From Simkaniaceae bacterium (GTDB lineage: Bacteria; Chlamydiota; Chlamydiia; Chlamydiales; JAJFMI01), in assembly GCA_040880145.1 (NCBI GenBank), contig JBBDIZ010000025.1, positions 1 through 16,615 of the forward strand: 16,615 nucleotides of DNA, given 5' to 3'. Under the pieces are notes generated by a model. That model was not told the origin of the DNA. It ran no database searches and saw nothing but the letters and a program-made list of their open reading frames with translations. Below are positions 16,516 to 16,615 of the stretch, piece by piece. The translations under genes were made by a program, and so were the position numbers. Every line of letters starts with the position of its first letter. Within the stretch, counting starts at the first letter, position 1.

Positions 16516-16561
16516 TTAAATACTTTACAAGCCGTTTTATTAATTAATTATTAAATTACTA

Positions 16562-16615
16562 TGTTAGCGACAAATAGAAATGTCCCCTAGTTGGATTAAA
16601 TAGAAATGTCCCTTT
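16562..16615. mobile_element. Terminus of an IS1202-family (ISNCY)-like insertion sequence, cut by the window edge
   Basis: Starts TGT (16562), then two identical 15-bp direct repeats AAATAGAAATGTCCC (16572-16586, 16598-16612). TGT plus reiterated AAATGTCC boxes is the end architecture I recall for this family. No transposase in the window. Confidence 0.65.

Noticed and set aside
16529..16556. dif/XerCD-like site 5 bp from the IS end
   Set aside because: AATTATTAAAT matches the XerD arm TTATGTTAAAT at only 7/11 and the other arm matches E. coli XerC at 4/11. Expected by chance in AT-rich DNA.
16572..16612. Direct repeats as the start of a CRISPR array
   Set aside because: A 15-bp repeat with an 11-bp spacer is too short, only two copies are visible, and there are no cas genes; an IS end fits better.

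Overview
AT-rich, gene-dense bacterial chromosomal segment whose gene order and protein sequences point to Chlamydiae, probably an environmental non-Chlamydiaceae lineage (inference from recalled synteny, not a database search). The core is tatD (- strand), divergent from a complete tolQ/exbB-tolR/exbD-tolA-tolB-pal-LysM lipoprotein operon. It is followed by an orphan OmpR/PhoB-family response regulator, a DHA1-like MFS transporter, a small lipoprotein, a membrane-anchored TPR protein, and a translationally coupled run of giant exported TPR protein, 1153-aa vWA protein with a degenerate MIDAS, and rsmD. Both edges are accessory. The left edge has a perfect 17-bp-stem palindrome resembling IS200/IS605-type ends, followed by two small paralogous immunity-like genes and a third truncated copy absent from the ORF track. 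The right edge has the first 54 bp of an IS1202-family (ISNCY)-like terminus. No rRNA, tRNA or CRISPR array is seen.
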